Assembly: GCA_963742735.1 (NCBI GenBank)
Contig: CAVUMN010000004.1
Coordinates: 448,001-512,000, forward strand
DNA length: 64,000 bases
Direction: 5' to 3'
Source: an uncultured Actinomycetes bacterium
GTDB lineage: Bacteria > Actinomycetota > UBA4738 > JBBDTT01
This document shows, one piece after another, positions 20,626-29,338 of the stretch. Position numbers and translations under genes: made by a program. Position 1 is the stretch's first letter. Every line of letters begins with the position of its first letter. The notes below the pieces were generated by a model. It was not told the DNA's origin, searched no databases, and saw nothing but the letters and a program-made list of their open reading frames with translations.

Positions 20626-20712
20626 GGGCGGGTGGCGGAATTGGTAGACGCGCTAGGTTCAGGACCTAGTCCGGGCAACCGGGTGGGGGTTCAAGTCCCC
20701 CCTCGCCCACCA
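20626..20712 (+). tRNA. tRNA-Leu(CAG)
   Basis: GGGCGGG acceptor stem, anticodon arm CTAGG-TTCAGGA-CCTAG, long variable arm, GGTTCAAGTC T-loop, CCA encoded. Confidence 0.96.
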
Positions 20713-20772
20713 CGACGGCGTCGGGATTGGCCATTCCCGTGCGTCATCGGACCCAGTAGAGTTTGGAAAACC

Positions 20773-22704
20773 GTGTCCCGTTTGCGCCTCCCATCCATTC
20801 TGATCCTTCAGGTCCTCGTCCTGGTGGCGGGCGGCCTCGGGGTGACGAGCGGGCTGCCCTCGATCGAGCCGGCCCAGGCGGTCACGCAGCCGAACATCAT
20901 CGTGGTTCTCACGGACGACCAGCCGTTCGACCTGATCCCGCAGCACCCCGGCGTGATGCCGTGGGTGGAGGGCCGGATCACCGATCCCGACGATCACTGG
21001 ACTCGCTTCGACAACGCGTTCGTGAACACGCCGATGTGCTGCCCGGCTCGGGCCACGATGCTGACCGGGCAGTACTCACACGTCACCGGCGTGCAGTCGA
21101 ACGAACCGGCGCAGTGGAAGGCGGCGTTCGGCACGGGGACCACCAGCCTGGCCACCTCGCTGCGAACCGCCGGATATCGCACGGGGCTGTTCGGCAAGTA
21201 CTTCAACGAGTACACCATGCCGGCCGACGGCCACGTGCCCCCCGGCTGGGACCGCTTCGTCGCCCACGACGGCATCACGGGCTTCTATTTCAACTACGAC
21301 GTGCACGACCAGAGCGTCCGCGTGCATCACGGGACGGCTCCCGAGGACTACTCGACCGACGTGTACGGCGGCGAGGCGGTCGAGTTCATCCAGAGCACTC
21401 CCGTCGACACGCCGTTCTTCGCCTACTTCAATCCCGTGGCCCCGCACGAGCCCGCGACCCCCGCGCCCCGGCACGACGGCCTCCCGGCGCTCCCGCACGA
21501 TCTGCGCGACGACCCGAACTTCAACGAAGCCGACGTCTCGGACAAGCCGGCGTGGGTACGCAACCGCGGGCTGGCGGGCGCCACCGTCATCGCGAACGAG
21601 AACGAGCTGTGGCAGGACATGTATCGGTCGCTGCGGGCGGTCGACGAGCAGATGCAGGACATGGTCGAGGCCGTCGAGGCCCGTGGTCAGCTCGACAACA
21701 CCGTGATCGTGTTCATGACCGACAACGGGTTCTCCCTCCGTCACCACCGCCTGCACGGCAAGGCCTGCGCCTACGACGCCTGCACTCGGACGCCGCTGTT
21801 CGTCCGTCTCCCGGGGCGTCCCGGCAACCAGGTTCGGAGCCAGATCGTCAGCAACATCGACATCGCCCCCACGCTCGCCCAGCTCGGCGGGGCGACGCTG
21901 TCCAAGCCGCCGGACGGCCGCAGCCTGGTCCCGCTCATCGACGACAACGCGACGGCGTGGCGGTCCTCGGTGCTGCTGCGATGGGGAGGATCGCAGTGGG
22001 TCCCCAACTGGTGGGCGGCGCGTTCGCTGCAGTACCTGTACGTCGAGTACGACGCCGGCGGCGAGAAGGAGCTGTACGACGTCGTGGCAGACCCCTTCAT
22101 GTTGCAGAACCGGGCGGGACAGGCGGCGTACGCGGCCGCCCAGTCCTCGATGGCGGCGACGCTCGCGTCTCTGAAGAGCGGGGGGTCGACCGACACGACG
22201 AAGCCGACGATCTCCATCACGACCCCCGCCGCCAGCGCGACGTACACGCAAAGCCAAGTCGTGAACGCCCAGTACTCGTGCGCGGACGAGGCCGGCGGCT
22301 CGGGTCTCGCCTCGTGTGTGGGCACCGTGCCGAACGGCTCCGCGATCAACACCTCGACGACCGGAACCAAGACGTTCACGGTCACCGCGCGGGATGTCGC
22401 TGGGAATCAGCGGACGGCCTCGAGGACGTACACCGTCACCTCCACCTCGCACTCGATCACGATCACCAAGAGCGGGGCGGGCAAGGGGTCCGTCCGCTCG
22501 TCAGACGGGCTCATCGTGTGCGGCAGCGACTGCGCCCAGACCTATTCCACGCCGAAGACGATCACGCTGACCGCGACCCCCGCCTCGGGCTCCCGGTTCG
22601 TTCGGTGGACCGGCAGCGTGCCCGCCGGCTGCACGACGCAGCGCACGTGCACCCTGACGGTGCAGGGCTCGATGACGGTGAACGCGAGGTTCGCGCCCGT
22701 CTGA
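20773..22704 (+). CDS. Secreted sulfatase with C-terminal Ig-like and InlB-B-repeat-like domains
   Basis: Signal peptide ending AQA; PNIIVVLTDDQ, CCPARATMLTG (CxPxR), GKY, APHEP, TDNG. Ser/Thr-rich beta-domains at the C-terminus. Confidence 0.9.
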   Translation: MSRLRLPSILILQVLVLVAGGLGVTSGLPSIEPAQAVTQPNIIVVLTDDQPFDLIPQHPGVMPWVEGRITDPDDHWTRFDNAFVNTPMCCPARATMLTGQYSHVTGVQSNEPAQWKAAFGTGTTSLATSLRTAGYRTGLFGKYFNEYTMPADGHVPPGWDRFVAHDGITGFYFNYDVHDQSVRVHHGTAPEDYSTDVYGGEAVEFIQSTPVDTPFFAYFNPVAPHEPATPAPRHDGLPALPHDLRDDPNFNEADVSDKPAWVRNRGLAGATVIANENELWQDMYRSLRAVDEQMQDMVEAVEARGQLDNTVIVFMTDNGFSLRHHRLHGKACAYDACTRTPLFVRLPGRPGNQVRSQIVSNIDIAPTLAQLGGATLSKPPDGRSLVPLIDDNATAWRSSVLLRWGGSQWVPNWWAARSLQYLYVEYDAGGEKELYDVVADPFMLQNRAGQAAYAAAQSSMAATLASLKSGGSTDTTKPTISITTPAASATYTQSQVVNAQYSCADEAGGSGLASCVGTVPNGSAINTSTTGTKTFTVTARDVAGNQRTASRTYTVTSTSHSITITKSGAGKGSVRSSDGLIVCGSDCAQTYSTPKTITLTATPASGSRFVRWTGSVPAGCTTQRTCTLTVQGSMTVNARFAPV

Positions 22705-22717
22705 TAGGGAGGGACCG

Positions 22718-22960
22718 ATGGCTGACGAGGACGTGCTGTCACGGATCAACGAGCTGGCGGGCGAGGAGCACGCGCTGTTCGAGAAGGAGGGGACCGGCTC
22801 GGCGACCGAGGACGACCGCGCCCGGCTCCAGCGCCTGCAGGTGACCCTGGATCAGTGCTGGGACCTCCTGCACCAGCGCCGCGCCCGCCGCGACGCCGGC
22901 ATGGACCCGAAGGACGCGAAGGTCCGCGACGCCTCCACAGTCGAGGGCTACGTCGACTGA
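22718..22960 (+). CDS. DUF2630 family protein
   Basis: LDQCWDLLHQRRARR...P..A.VR....VEGY signature; GGAGG RBS. Confidence 0.88.
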   Translation: MADEDVLSRINELAGEEHALFEKEGTGSATEDDRARLQRLQVTLDQCWDLLHQRRARRDAGMDPKDAKVRDASTVEGYVD

Positions 22961-22969
22961 GCTTCCCGT

Positions 22970-23353
22970 CTATCGGTACGGCCGCTCGAGCTTGGGAAAC
23001 ATCGGGAAGTGGCGGACGTTCTGCGTCCAGAGGGGGATGTCGAGGTGTTGGGCCGTCGCCGCGATGACGTAATCCACGACGTCCACGCCTGGATGGGTTC
23101 GCAGATACCGCCGGGCCAGTCCGCCGGCGCGCTCCGCGATGGCGTCGGAGACGTCGACCCACACCATCAGCCCGAGCAGCCCCCGCGTGGCGGCCTCCTC
23201 TCCCCGGCGGACGCCGGCGAGGACCTCCACCTTGGTCAGGGCCGAGGCGAACAGGGGCTCGTCGGCCTCGGTCTCCTGCCCCAGGAGGTCGCGGGCCTCG
23301 GCTCGACCTCGCAGGTGGTCGACCAGGATCGAGGTGTCAACGACCGCGGCGAT
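22970..23353 (-). CDS. vapC: VapC PIN-domain toxin (start uncertain, possibly ATC)
   Basis: VDTSILVD, E, DYVIAATA, LWTQNVRHF PIN motifs. Overlaps the antitoxin 3' end. Confidence 0.85.
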   Translation of the reverse strand: MAAVVDTSILVDHLRGRAEARDLLGQETEADEPLFASALTKVEVLAGVRRGEEAATRGLLGLMVWVDVSDAIAERAGGLARRYLRTHPGVDVVDYVIAATAQHLDIPLWTQNVRHFPMFPKLERPYR

Positions 23354-23594
23354 CGCGTTCCTCCGCCCGGCGGCCCAGGCCGCGCCGGAGGCGGGAGACG
23401 TACGCGGCGCCGCTCTCGGTCCGGCCCTGCCACGCCCCGAAGCTGTCCGCCAGCGGCGAGCCACCGGCCCCGGCGTAGGTCCGGTCCACCGCCCGTCGAA
23501 TGAGCTCGGCCATCGACACGCCGCTCTGACGCGCCAGCGCGGTCAGCTTCGCGTACTGGTCCTCCTCGAGCGTGATCTGGGTGCGCCTGGCCAT
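23337..23594 (-). CDS. vapB: Ribbon-helix-helix (CopG-like) antitoxin VapB
   Basis: RTQITL..EDQYAKL..LARQSGVSMAELIRRAVD RHH pattern, upstream of a PIN toxin. Confidence 0.87.
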   Translation of the reverse strand: MARRTQITLEEDQYAKLTALARQSGVSMAELIRRAVDRTYAGAGGSPLADSFGAWQGRTESGAAYVSRLRRGLGRRAEERDRRGR

Positions 23595-23614
23595 GTGATG
23601 TAATCCTACATCAC
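23595..23614. promoter_or_regulatory. vapBC operator inverted repeat overlapping the -10 element
   Basis: GTGATGTA-atcc-TACATCAC perfect 8-bp arms abut the antitoxin ATG and contain minus-strand TAGGAT. Confidence 0.75.
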
Positions 23615-23637
23615 TGTGTCCCCGCTGACGTCTTCGG

Positions 23638-24315
23638 TCAAGCTGGAGGTGTCGTCGGCTCCCAGTCGCCGCCGGCAGACGCGTACCACTGCAGGCTGTT
23701 CGACCGCAGGATCCAGTGGCGTCCCCCGCGCTCGAAAGCCAGCGCATACAGGGCCTCGTTCATCTGGTCGGGGGTGAGCGCGCCGGCTCGCAGCTGTCCC
23801 AGCAGGGCCATGAACTGAACCTCGACCTGCCCGAACCGAGGATCCAGGGGGGGCTCCGGCGGGGCGGCCGGAGGAGCGGGGAACGTGGGCGGGGTAGGTG
23901 CGGCGACCGGGGAGGGCGCGGCGACGGGGGCCAGGGCCTGTTGGGGCCGTACGCCGGCGAGGAAGGTGCCGGCCGTCATTCCCGTCGAGCGCCACTCGGC
24001 CAGGTTGCCACCCATGTCCACGATCTCCTGGATCAGCTTCTCGGCGCTCGACTTCGGAACGCGGACCGCGACGACGCAGGGCGAAGCGTCGATCAGCGCC
24101 TTCGCGTCGTCCTTCGACAGGCCCAGCAGCTGCATCAACGTGCCCCGTAGGCGGAGCTTGGGTCCGAGGCCGGACTCCAGCAGGGTCACATTGAACAGCT
24201 CCTCCTCGGGAGGGGGCTGCCAGCTCTGCCCCGTCCAGGACGAGCCGTTCCACCACTGGAACCCGGTGCCGGCGGCGTCGGGGTAGTACCCGGGCGGGGA
24301 TTTGGCCTGCGACAT
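23638..24315 (-). CDS. DUF2510-like N-terminus + ribosomal L7/L12 C-terminal-like domain protein
   Basis: PPGYYPD...QWWNGSSWT, then FNVTLLESG..K...LGLSKDDAKALIDASP....VPKSSAEKL. Pro-rich linker and small C-terminal domain. Confidence 0.75.
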   Translation of the reverse strand: MSQAKSPPGYYPDAAGTGFQWWNGSSWTGQSWQPPPEEELFNVTLLESGLGPKLRLRGTLMQLLGLSKDDAKALIDASPCVVAVRVPKSSAEKLIQEIVDMGGNLAEWRSTGMTAGTFLAGVRPQQALAPVAAPSPVAAPTPPTFPAPPAAPPEPPLDPRFGQVEVQFMALLGQLRAGALTPDQMNEALYALAFERGGRHWILRSNSLQWYASAGGDWEPTTPPA

Positions 24316-24389
24316 GGGTGCGATGGTGAGGTCCCGGTCCGCTTTGCGCAAGGCGCCCCTCCGGCCCGTGCGGGCGCGTATAACTCAAG

Positions 24390-25337
24390 GTGATGGCCGA
24401 CGGACGCGGGTTCTTCGAGGCGATCGCCGAGCGCGTCGACGAGCGGCTGTACGGCGTCCGCGAGCCGCTGCGGCTGGTGCTCGTCGGCATCCTGGCCGAC
24501 GCCCACGTCCTGATCGACGATGTGCCCGGCGTCGGGAAGACCACCCTGGTCAGAACGCTCGCGGGACTGCTCGGCCTGCGGTTCCAGCGGGTGCAGTTCA
24601 CGCCCGACCTGATGCCGTCGGACATCACGGGGGCGTCGGTGCTCGACCTGGCCACGAACGAGTTCAGGTTCCGCGGGGGGCCGGTGTTCACCCAGGTCCT
24701 GCTGGCCGACGAGATCAACCGGGCCACCCCGAAGACCCAGGCCGCTCTGTTGGAGGCGATGCAGGAGCGCCAGGTCACGGTCGACGGCGTCACGCACCCG
24801 CTGCCCGACCCGTTCTTCGTCCTGGCCACGCAGAACCCCGTGGAGCTGGAGGGGACGTTCCCGCTGCCGGAGGCGCAGCTCGACCGGTTCCTGCTGCGCG
24901 TGGCCATGGGCTACCCCAGCCAGGAGGAGGAGGAGCGTCTGCTCGACACCGCCCCGGCCCGCCGCGGCCTGCCGGCGAACCCCGTCGCCGAGGCGGCGTG
25001 GCTGCCCGAGCTCCGGGCGGCCGCGGGGGCGATCCGTATCGAGGAGCCGGTCCGACGCTACGTCGTGGCCCTGGCCCGAGGCACGCGCGAGCATCCCGAT
25101 GTGCAGGTCGGCGCCAGTCCCCGCGCCGTCGAGCACCTGGGCGACGCGGCCCGGGTCGCGGCCCTGATCGACGGCCGCGAGTACTGCCTGCCCGACGACG
25201 TGAAGGCGCTGGCCCGTCCGGTCCTCGCCCACCGCCTGGTGCCCACCGTCGACGCTCGGATCCGGGACCGCACGGCGACGGACATCCTCGAGGAGGTGCT
25301 CGAGGCCGTGCCGGTCCCCGTCGAGTCGGTCGGGTAG
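24390..25337 (+). CDS. moxR: MoxR family AAA+ ATPase
   Basis: DDVPGVGKT, RVQFTPDLMPSD, LADEINRATPKTQ, ATQNPVE.EGTFPLPEAQLDRF. Confidence 0.94.
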   Translation: MMADGRGFFEAIAERVDERLYGVREPLRLVLVGILADAHVLIDDVPGVGKTTLVRTLAGLLGLRFQRVQFTPDLMPSDITGASVLDLATNEFRFRGGPVFTQVLLADEINRATPKTQAALLEAMQERQVTVDGVTHPLPDPFFVLATQNPVELEGTFPLPEAQLDRFLLRVAMGYPSQEEEERLLDTAPARRGLPANPVAEAAWLPELRAAAGAIRIEEPVRRYVVALARGTREHPDVQVGASPRAVEHLGDAARVAALIDGREYCLPDDVKALARPVLAHRLVPTVDARIRDRTATDILEEVLEAVPVPVESVG

Positions 25338-25339
25338 GC

Positions 25340-26494
25340 CCGCCACGGACACCCCCGAGCGCCGCCAGATCGCGCTGGGGACGGCGATCGTCCTGCTGCT
25401 CCTGTCGACGGCCACGGGCAACCGCCTGGTCCTCATGTGGGCGCTCGCGGTGGGGACCATCGCCGCGGCGGCGATCGCGTGGACCCGCCTGGCCTGGCGG
25501 GGGGTCGAGGTCTCGGCCCGGTTCCGTCCCGCCCGGGCGTTCGCCGGTGAGCCCGTTCGGCTGCGAGGTCCGGATCACGAACGCGAAGCGGTTCCCCCTG
25601 CCCTTCGTGGCGGTCCGCGCCCTGCTGCCCCCGGGGCTCCGCGCGGACGAGACGGGGCCCGCCGCGCTGCGGGGCTTCGAGCGCCGGTTCGCCCTGGGGC
25701 CCCGGTCGGAGACCACCCTGCAGCTGCCGGTGGAGGCGCTGCACCGGGGCGAGTACTGGCTGGAGAAGGTGGTCGTCGACCTGGTGGACCCGTTCCGGCT
25801 GGCGCCGCTGTTCCGGGAGCGAGTCCCCGAGGCCGACCTGATCGTCCTGCCCGAGCCGCGGGTGTCCGTTCCGGTCGACGTTCGCCGCCGGCTTCCGTTC
25901 GGCCGCCCGGCGCCGGCCGCGCGGATGTTCGAGGACCGGGAGCGCTTCGCCGGGGTCCGCCCCTACGAGCCGGGCGATCCGCTGAATCGCGTCCACTGGA
26001 AGCTCTCCGGCCACTCGGGGCTGATCCAGGTGAAGCTGTTCGAGCCGACGCGCAGCGCCGAGGTCCTGCTGGTCCTCGACCTGGCCGTGGGCGAGCCGTT
26101 CTGGGACTCGATCTATCCCGAGATCGCCGAGGACACGATCGGGTGGGCCTCCTTCATCGCCCGTGACGCCATCGAGTCCGGGTGGCGGGTGAGCCTGGCC
26201 GCGAACACTCACCTGTCGCGGGGCCGAGGGCCCTTGCGGGTCCGGGCCCGCCAGGCCGCGAACCACGAGGCCGCCGTGTTCGCCTCGCTGGCGCGCATGC
26301 CCGCCGACCCCACCGCCGACGCCGGGCCGGTCCTGCGCGAGGCGTCGCGAGGCCTGGCCCCGGGGGCCTCGGTCGTGCTGATCTCTCCGCGCCCGGGGCC
26401 GCGCCTGCGCATGGAGGTCGACGTCCTGCGCCGCCGCGGCGTGGAGGTCGTCCACGTCTCGCCCCTGGACCCCCTGGGCAGGGCGGTGGCGTGA
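25340..26494 (+). CDS. DUF58 domain protein, with one frameshift near 25564 (start uncertain)
   Basis: N-terminal TM segment in one frame, then EVRITNAKRFP, FAGVRPYEPGDPLNRVHWK in the +1 frame. An extra C at CTG-C-GAG-GTC. Confidence 0.8.
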   Translation, partial: PPRTPPSAARSRWGRRSSCCSCRRPRATAWSSCGRSRWGPSPRRRSRGPAWPGGGSRSRPGSVPPGRSPVSPFGCEVRITNAKRFPLPFVAVRALLPPGLRADETGPAALRGFERRFALGPRSETTLQLPVEALHRGEYWLEKVVVDLVDPFRLAPLFRERVPEADLIVLPEPRVSVPVDVRRRLPFGRPAPAARMFEDRERFAGVRPYEPGDPLNRVHWKLSGHSGLIQVKLFEPTRSAEVLLVLDLAVGEPFWDSIYPEIAEDTIGWASFIARDAIESGWRVSLAANTHLSRGRGPLRVRARQAANHEAAVFASLARMPADPTADAGPVLREASRGLAPGASVVLISPRPGPRLRMEVDVLRRRGVEVVHVSPLDPLGRAVA

Positions 26495-27813
26495 GCGGGA
26501 ACGAGGAGCGCGCTCCCGCGATGGCCGCGGCGGCGCTCGCCGCCCTGGCCGAGTCGATGGTGTGGTTCTTCCCCGTCCGGTTCGTGAGCGGGTTGCTCGG
26601 AGGATGGCTCGAGCCGACTTTGCCCCACCTGGCCCTGTTCTCGCTGGCGTTCACGGGGGCCGCCGTCGCGGCGGCGCGGTTCGGGGGCGGGCCGATGCTC
26701 CCGGCGGCGTTGCTGGTGGCCTCGGTGGGAGCCGGTGTGGCGCAGGGCGTGGGACTGCAGACCGCGCAGCCCGGCGGGCTGATCGTGGGGATCCTGGTCG
26801 CGCTGGGGCTCGGAGCCCGGGCGGGCTCGCTGGGGCTGCGCGACTGGCGCGAACCGATCCGGCTCTCGTTCGGCCTCGGTGCGGTCGCGCTCCTGATCGA
26901 GACGGTGGGCTCGGGCTTCGCCCAGGAGGCCGGCCGGCCGCTGCTGGCGGTCGCCCTCCCGGTGTTCTTCCTGGGCTCGCTCGGCTCCCGCGCGGCGAGC
27001 GTTCGGCTGGCCGACGGCTGGCGGGCCGGCGACGGGCGCCGGATCGGGTGGCTCCTCGGGGGGCTGGCCGGCGTGATGGTGCTGGCGGCGGCGTTCGGGG
27101 GCGCGGGCGGGCTGTTCCAGGGCCTGGGGAGCGTCGCCTGGCCGGTGCTCGGGGCCGTGTTCGGCGCCCTCCTGTGGCTGTTCGCCCAGGCCGCGCGGCC
27201 GGTCTTCTGGCTGCTGTCCAAGCTGAGCTTCGACTTCTCCCGGCTCCAGGAGGCGCTCGAGGACTTCCGCGCCGACGTCGGGGAGGGGTCGTCCTCGGAG
27301 GCCGCGTCCGAGTCCGGCATGGTGGCGCGCATCCTGGGGCTGTTCCTGATCGTGTCGCTGGCCCTGGGCCTGCTGTTCGTGTTCCGCCGACTGCGGGCGC
27401 GAAGCCCGACGGTGGGCCGTGCGCCGGCGCGCCCCGTCGTCGAGGAGGTGGAGCTCGAGCCGCTGGCGGCGGACCGGGGGCGCGGAGGCCGTCCGGGCGG
27501 GCGCCGGGGGCGGCTCCCCTCCGAGACGGTGCGCCGGTGGTACGCCGAGGCGCTGACGGCGTTCGCTCGGCTCAGGCTGCCCCGTCACCCGGCACGGACC
27601 CCCGCCGAGTTCGCGGTCGAGGTAGCCGGCGTCTACCCCGCCGCCGCCCCCGCGTTCGCGGAGCTGACCGCCGCCTACGAACGGGTTCGGTACGGCAACC
27701 TCACCGAGGAGGCGGGCTCGCTGAAGCGCCTCCGCGAGGCGCGCGGGGGGCTGCTGCGCGAGCTGAAGTCGGCCGAGCCGGTGCCGGAGGACGAGCCGGG
27801 CTCAGACCGTTAG
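26491..27813 (+). CDS. Multi-pass membrane protein with C-terminal DUF4129-like domain
   Basis: Many TM segments; VRRWY, ARTPAEFA, LTAAYERVRYG. GTG overlaps the DUF58 stop. Confidence 0.82.
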   Translation: MSGNEERAPAMAAAALAALAESMVWFFPVRFVSGLLGGWLEPTLPHLALFSLAFTGAAVAAARFGGGPMLPAALLVASVGAGVAQGVGLQTAQPGGLIVGILVALGLGARAGSLGLRDWREPIRLSFGLGAVALLIETVGSGFAQEAGRPLLAVALPVFFLGSLGSRAASVRLADGWRAGDGRRIGWLLGGLAGVMVLAAAFGGAGGLFQGLGSVAWPVLGAVFGALLWLFAQAARPVFWLLSKLSFDFSRLQEALEDFRADVGEGSSSEAASESGMVARILGLFLIVSLALGLLFVFRRLRARSPTVGRAPARPVVEEVELEPLAADRGRGGRPGGRRGRLPSETVRRWYAEALTAFARLRLPRHPARTPAEFAVEVAGVYPAAAPAFAELTAAYERVRYGNLTEEAGSLKRLREARGGLLRELKSAEPVPEDEPGSDR

Positions 27814-28080
27814 CCGGGCTCGCAGCTCGTCGTAGTACTCCGGGAAGTAGCTCGCGATCCGGTCGAGATCGAAGTAGTCGAGGATGCTCGTCGCCGGCTC
27901 GCGCTCCAGCAGGAACTCGAACGACTCCCGGACGATCCGCTCCGGCTCCACGGCCCCGAGCCCGAGGTCCTCGATCATCGCCTTCGGGACACGGACGCGA
28001 TGGGCCGTCCGGTTCCCGCCGTCGGTGACCTCGACGCCGAAGCTCCCGCCCATCGGCGTGACGCGGATGCGCTCACTCAC
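27802..28080 (-). CDS. Conserved-looking small hypothetical protein
   Basis: HRVRVP...IVRESFEFLLEREPATSILDYFDL..IASYFPEY; typical codon usage. Confidence 0.75.
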   Translation of the reverse strand: MSERIRVTPMGGSFGVEVTDGGNRTAHRVRVPKAMIEDLGLGAVEPERIVRESFEFLLEREPATSILDYFDLDRIASYFPEYYDELRARLTV

Positions 28081-28139
28081 TCCAGGGTCATCCCCACGAG
28101 CGGAGCGAGCCACGCGCGAGCGGGGTAGCGTTTCGGGCC

Positions 28140-28907
28140 ATGGCGAAGGTCGAGGTCGAAGACCGGGGGGCGGTCCGGGTGCTCCGGATCAACCGGGCCG
28201 AGGTCCACAACGCGGTCGACGGCGAGACAGCCGGGCAGATCGAGGCGGCGATCGACGCGTTCGGGGCCGACGACGCGGCGCGGGTGATGGTGGTGACCGG
28301 CGCGGGGGACAAGGCGTTCTGCGCCGGCGCCGACCTGACGGACCTGACCGGGATCGGGATGCGCGCGGGCAAGGACCGGTCCTCGCCGATGGGTTTCGCG
28401 AGGCTGGACCCCGGCAAGCCGACCCTCGCCGCGGTGAACGGCTACTGCTTCGCGGGCGGGGTGGAGCTGGCCGCGTGGTGTGACTTCCGGATCGCCGACG
28501 AGCGCGCCGAGTTCGGCGTCCTGAACCGGCGGTGGGGGATCCCGCTGATCGACGGCGGAACCCAGCGGCTGCCCCGGATCATGGGCCTCGGCAACGCGCT
28601 GTACCTGATCGCGGCCGGGGTCCGGATCGGCGCGGCCCGGGCTCTGGAGCTCGGACTCGTCCAGGAGGTCGTCCCGGCCGGGACCTCGGTCGAGCGTGCC
28701 CTTGTCCTGGCGGAGGCCATCGCGTCCTACCCGCAGGTCGGGCTCCGCGGCGACCGGGCCGCCGCGCTCGCCGGGTTCAACCTGGACCTCGCCGAGGGCC
28801 TGAACCGTGAGGCGGAGATCGGCGACATCGCCCTGACGGACCCCGAGCTTCCCGAGGCGATCGCGCGCTTCGCCGGCCCCAACCGGCCCGAGTCGCCGCG
28901 GGGCTAG
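28140..28907 (+). CDS. Enoyl-CoA hydratase/isomerase family protein
   Basis: AFCAGADL, AAVNGYCFAGGVELA..CDFRIA, GIPLIDGGTQRLPR. Confidence 0.9.
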   Translation: MAKVEVEDRGAVRVLRINRAEVHNAVDGETAGQIEAAIDAFGADDAARVMVVTGAGDKAFCAGADLTDLTGIGMRAGKDRSSPMGFARLDPGKPTLAAVNGYCFAGGVELAAWCDFRIADERAEFGVLNRRWGIPLIDGGTQRLPRIMGLGNALYLIAAGVRIGAARALELGLVQEVVPAGTSVERALVLAEAIASYPQVGLRGDRAAALAGFNLDLAEGLNREAEIGDIALTDPELPEAIARFAGPNRPESPRG

Positions 28908-29317
28908 CTCCCCGCGGGGACCTCCTGGAGGATCCAGGTGTTGCCGTCGGGGTCGGCGAAGTCGGCGAACGAGTTGTAGCGCGAGTGGTCCGGGTCGACG
29001 CCGGGCTTCCATCCCTCGCCGGTCATGTGCCGGATGTCGCTGACCTCGACGCCCCGGCCGGTGAGCTCCGCGTGCGCCGCCTCGATATCGGTGACGACGA
29101 GGTGGGTGCCTCGGTAGGAGCCCGGCGTTGCGTCCGTGATCCCGATCCCGATGGTGATCGAGGCCGCCGAACCCGGCGGGGTCATCTGCACGACCCGAAA
29201 GTGCTCGTTGGGCTGATGGTCGACGTCCAGGTTGAAGCCGAGCTTCTCGGTGTAGAACGCTTTCGCCCGGTCCACGTCGGTGACCGGGATCAGCACGAGC
29301 TCGAGCTTGTAGTCCAT
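28904..29317 (-). CDS. VOC/glyoxalase family protein
   Basis: PVTDVDRAKAFY..KLGF, TPPGS, F.DPDGNTWILQE; AGGAGG-like RBS. Confidence 0.9.
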   Translation of the reverse strand: MDYKLELVLIPVTDVDRAKAFYTEKLGFNLDVDHQPNEHFRVVQMTPPGSAASITIGIGITDATPGSYRGTHLVVTDIEAAHAELTGRGVEVSDIRHMTGEGWKPGVDPDHSRYNSFADFADPDGNTWILQEVPAGS

Positions 29318-29338
29318 GGATTCCTCCTCTGAGGGTCG

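Noticed and set aside
20655-20670. TTCA in the tRNA anticodon loop suggesting tRNA-Sec or an opal suppressor
   Set aside because: The 7-nt loop TTCAGGA centres on CAG, so this is an ordinary Leu tRNA. Likewise the tRNA at 33566 has anticodon TGA (Ser), not TCA.
19750-20772. N-terminal extension of the 984-aa ORF containing the sulfatase
   Set aside because: Overlaps fhaA antisense and tRNA-Leu; the signal peptide begins at about 20773.
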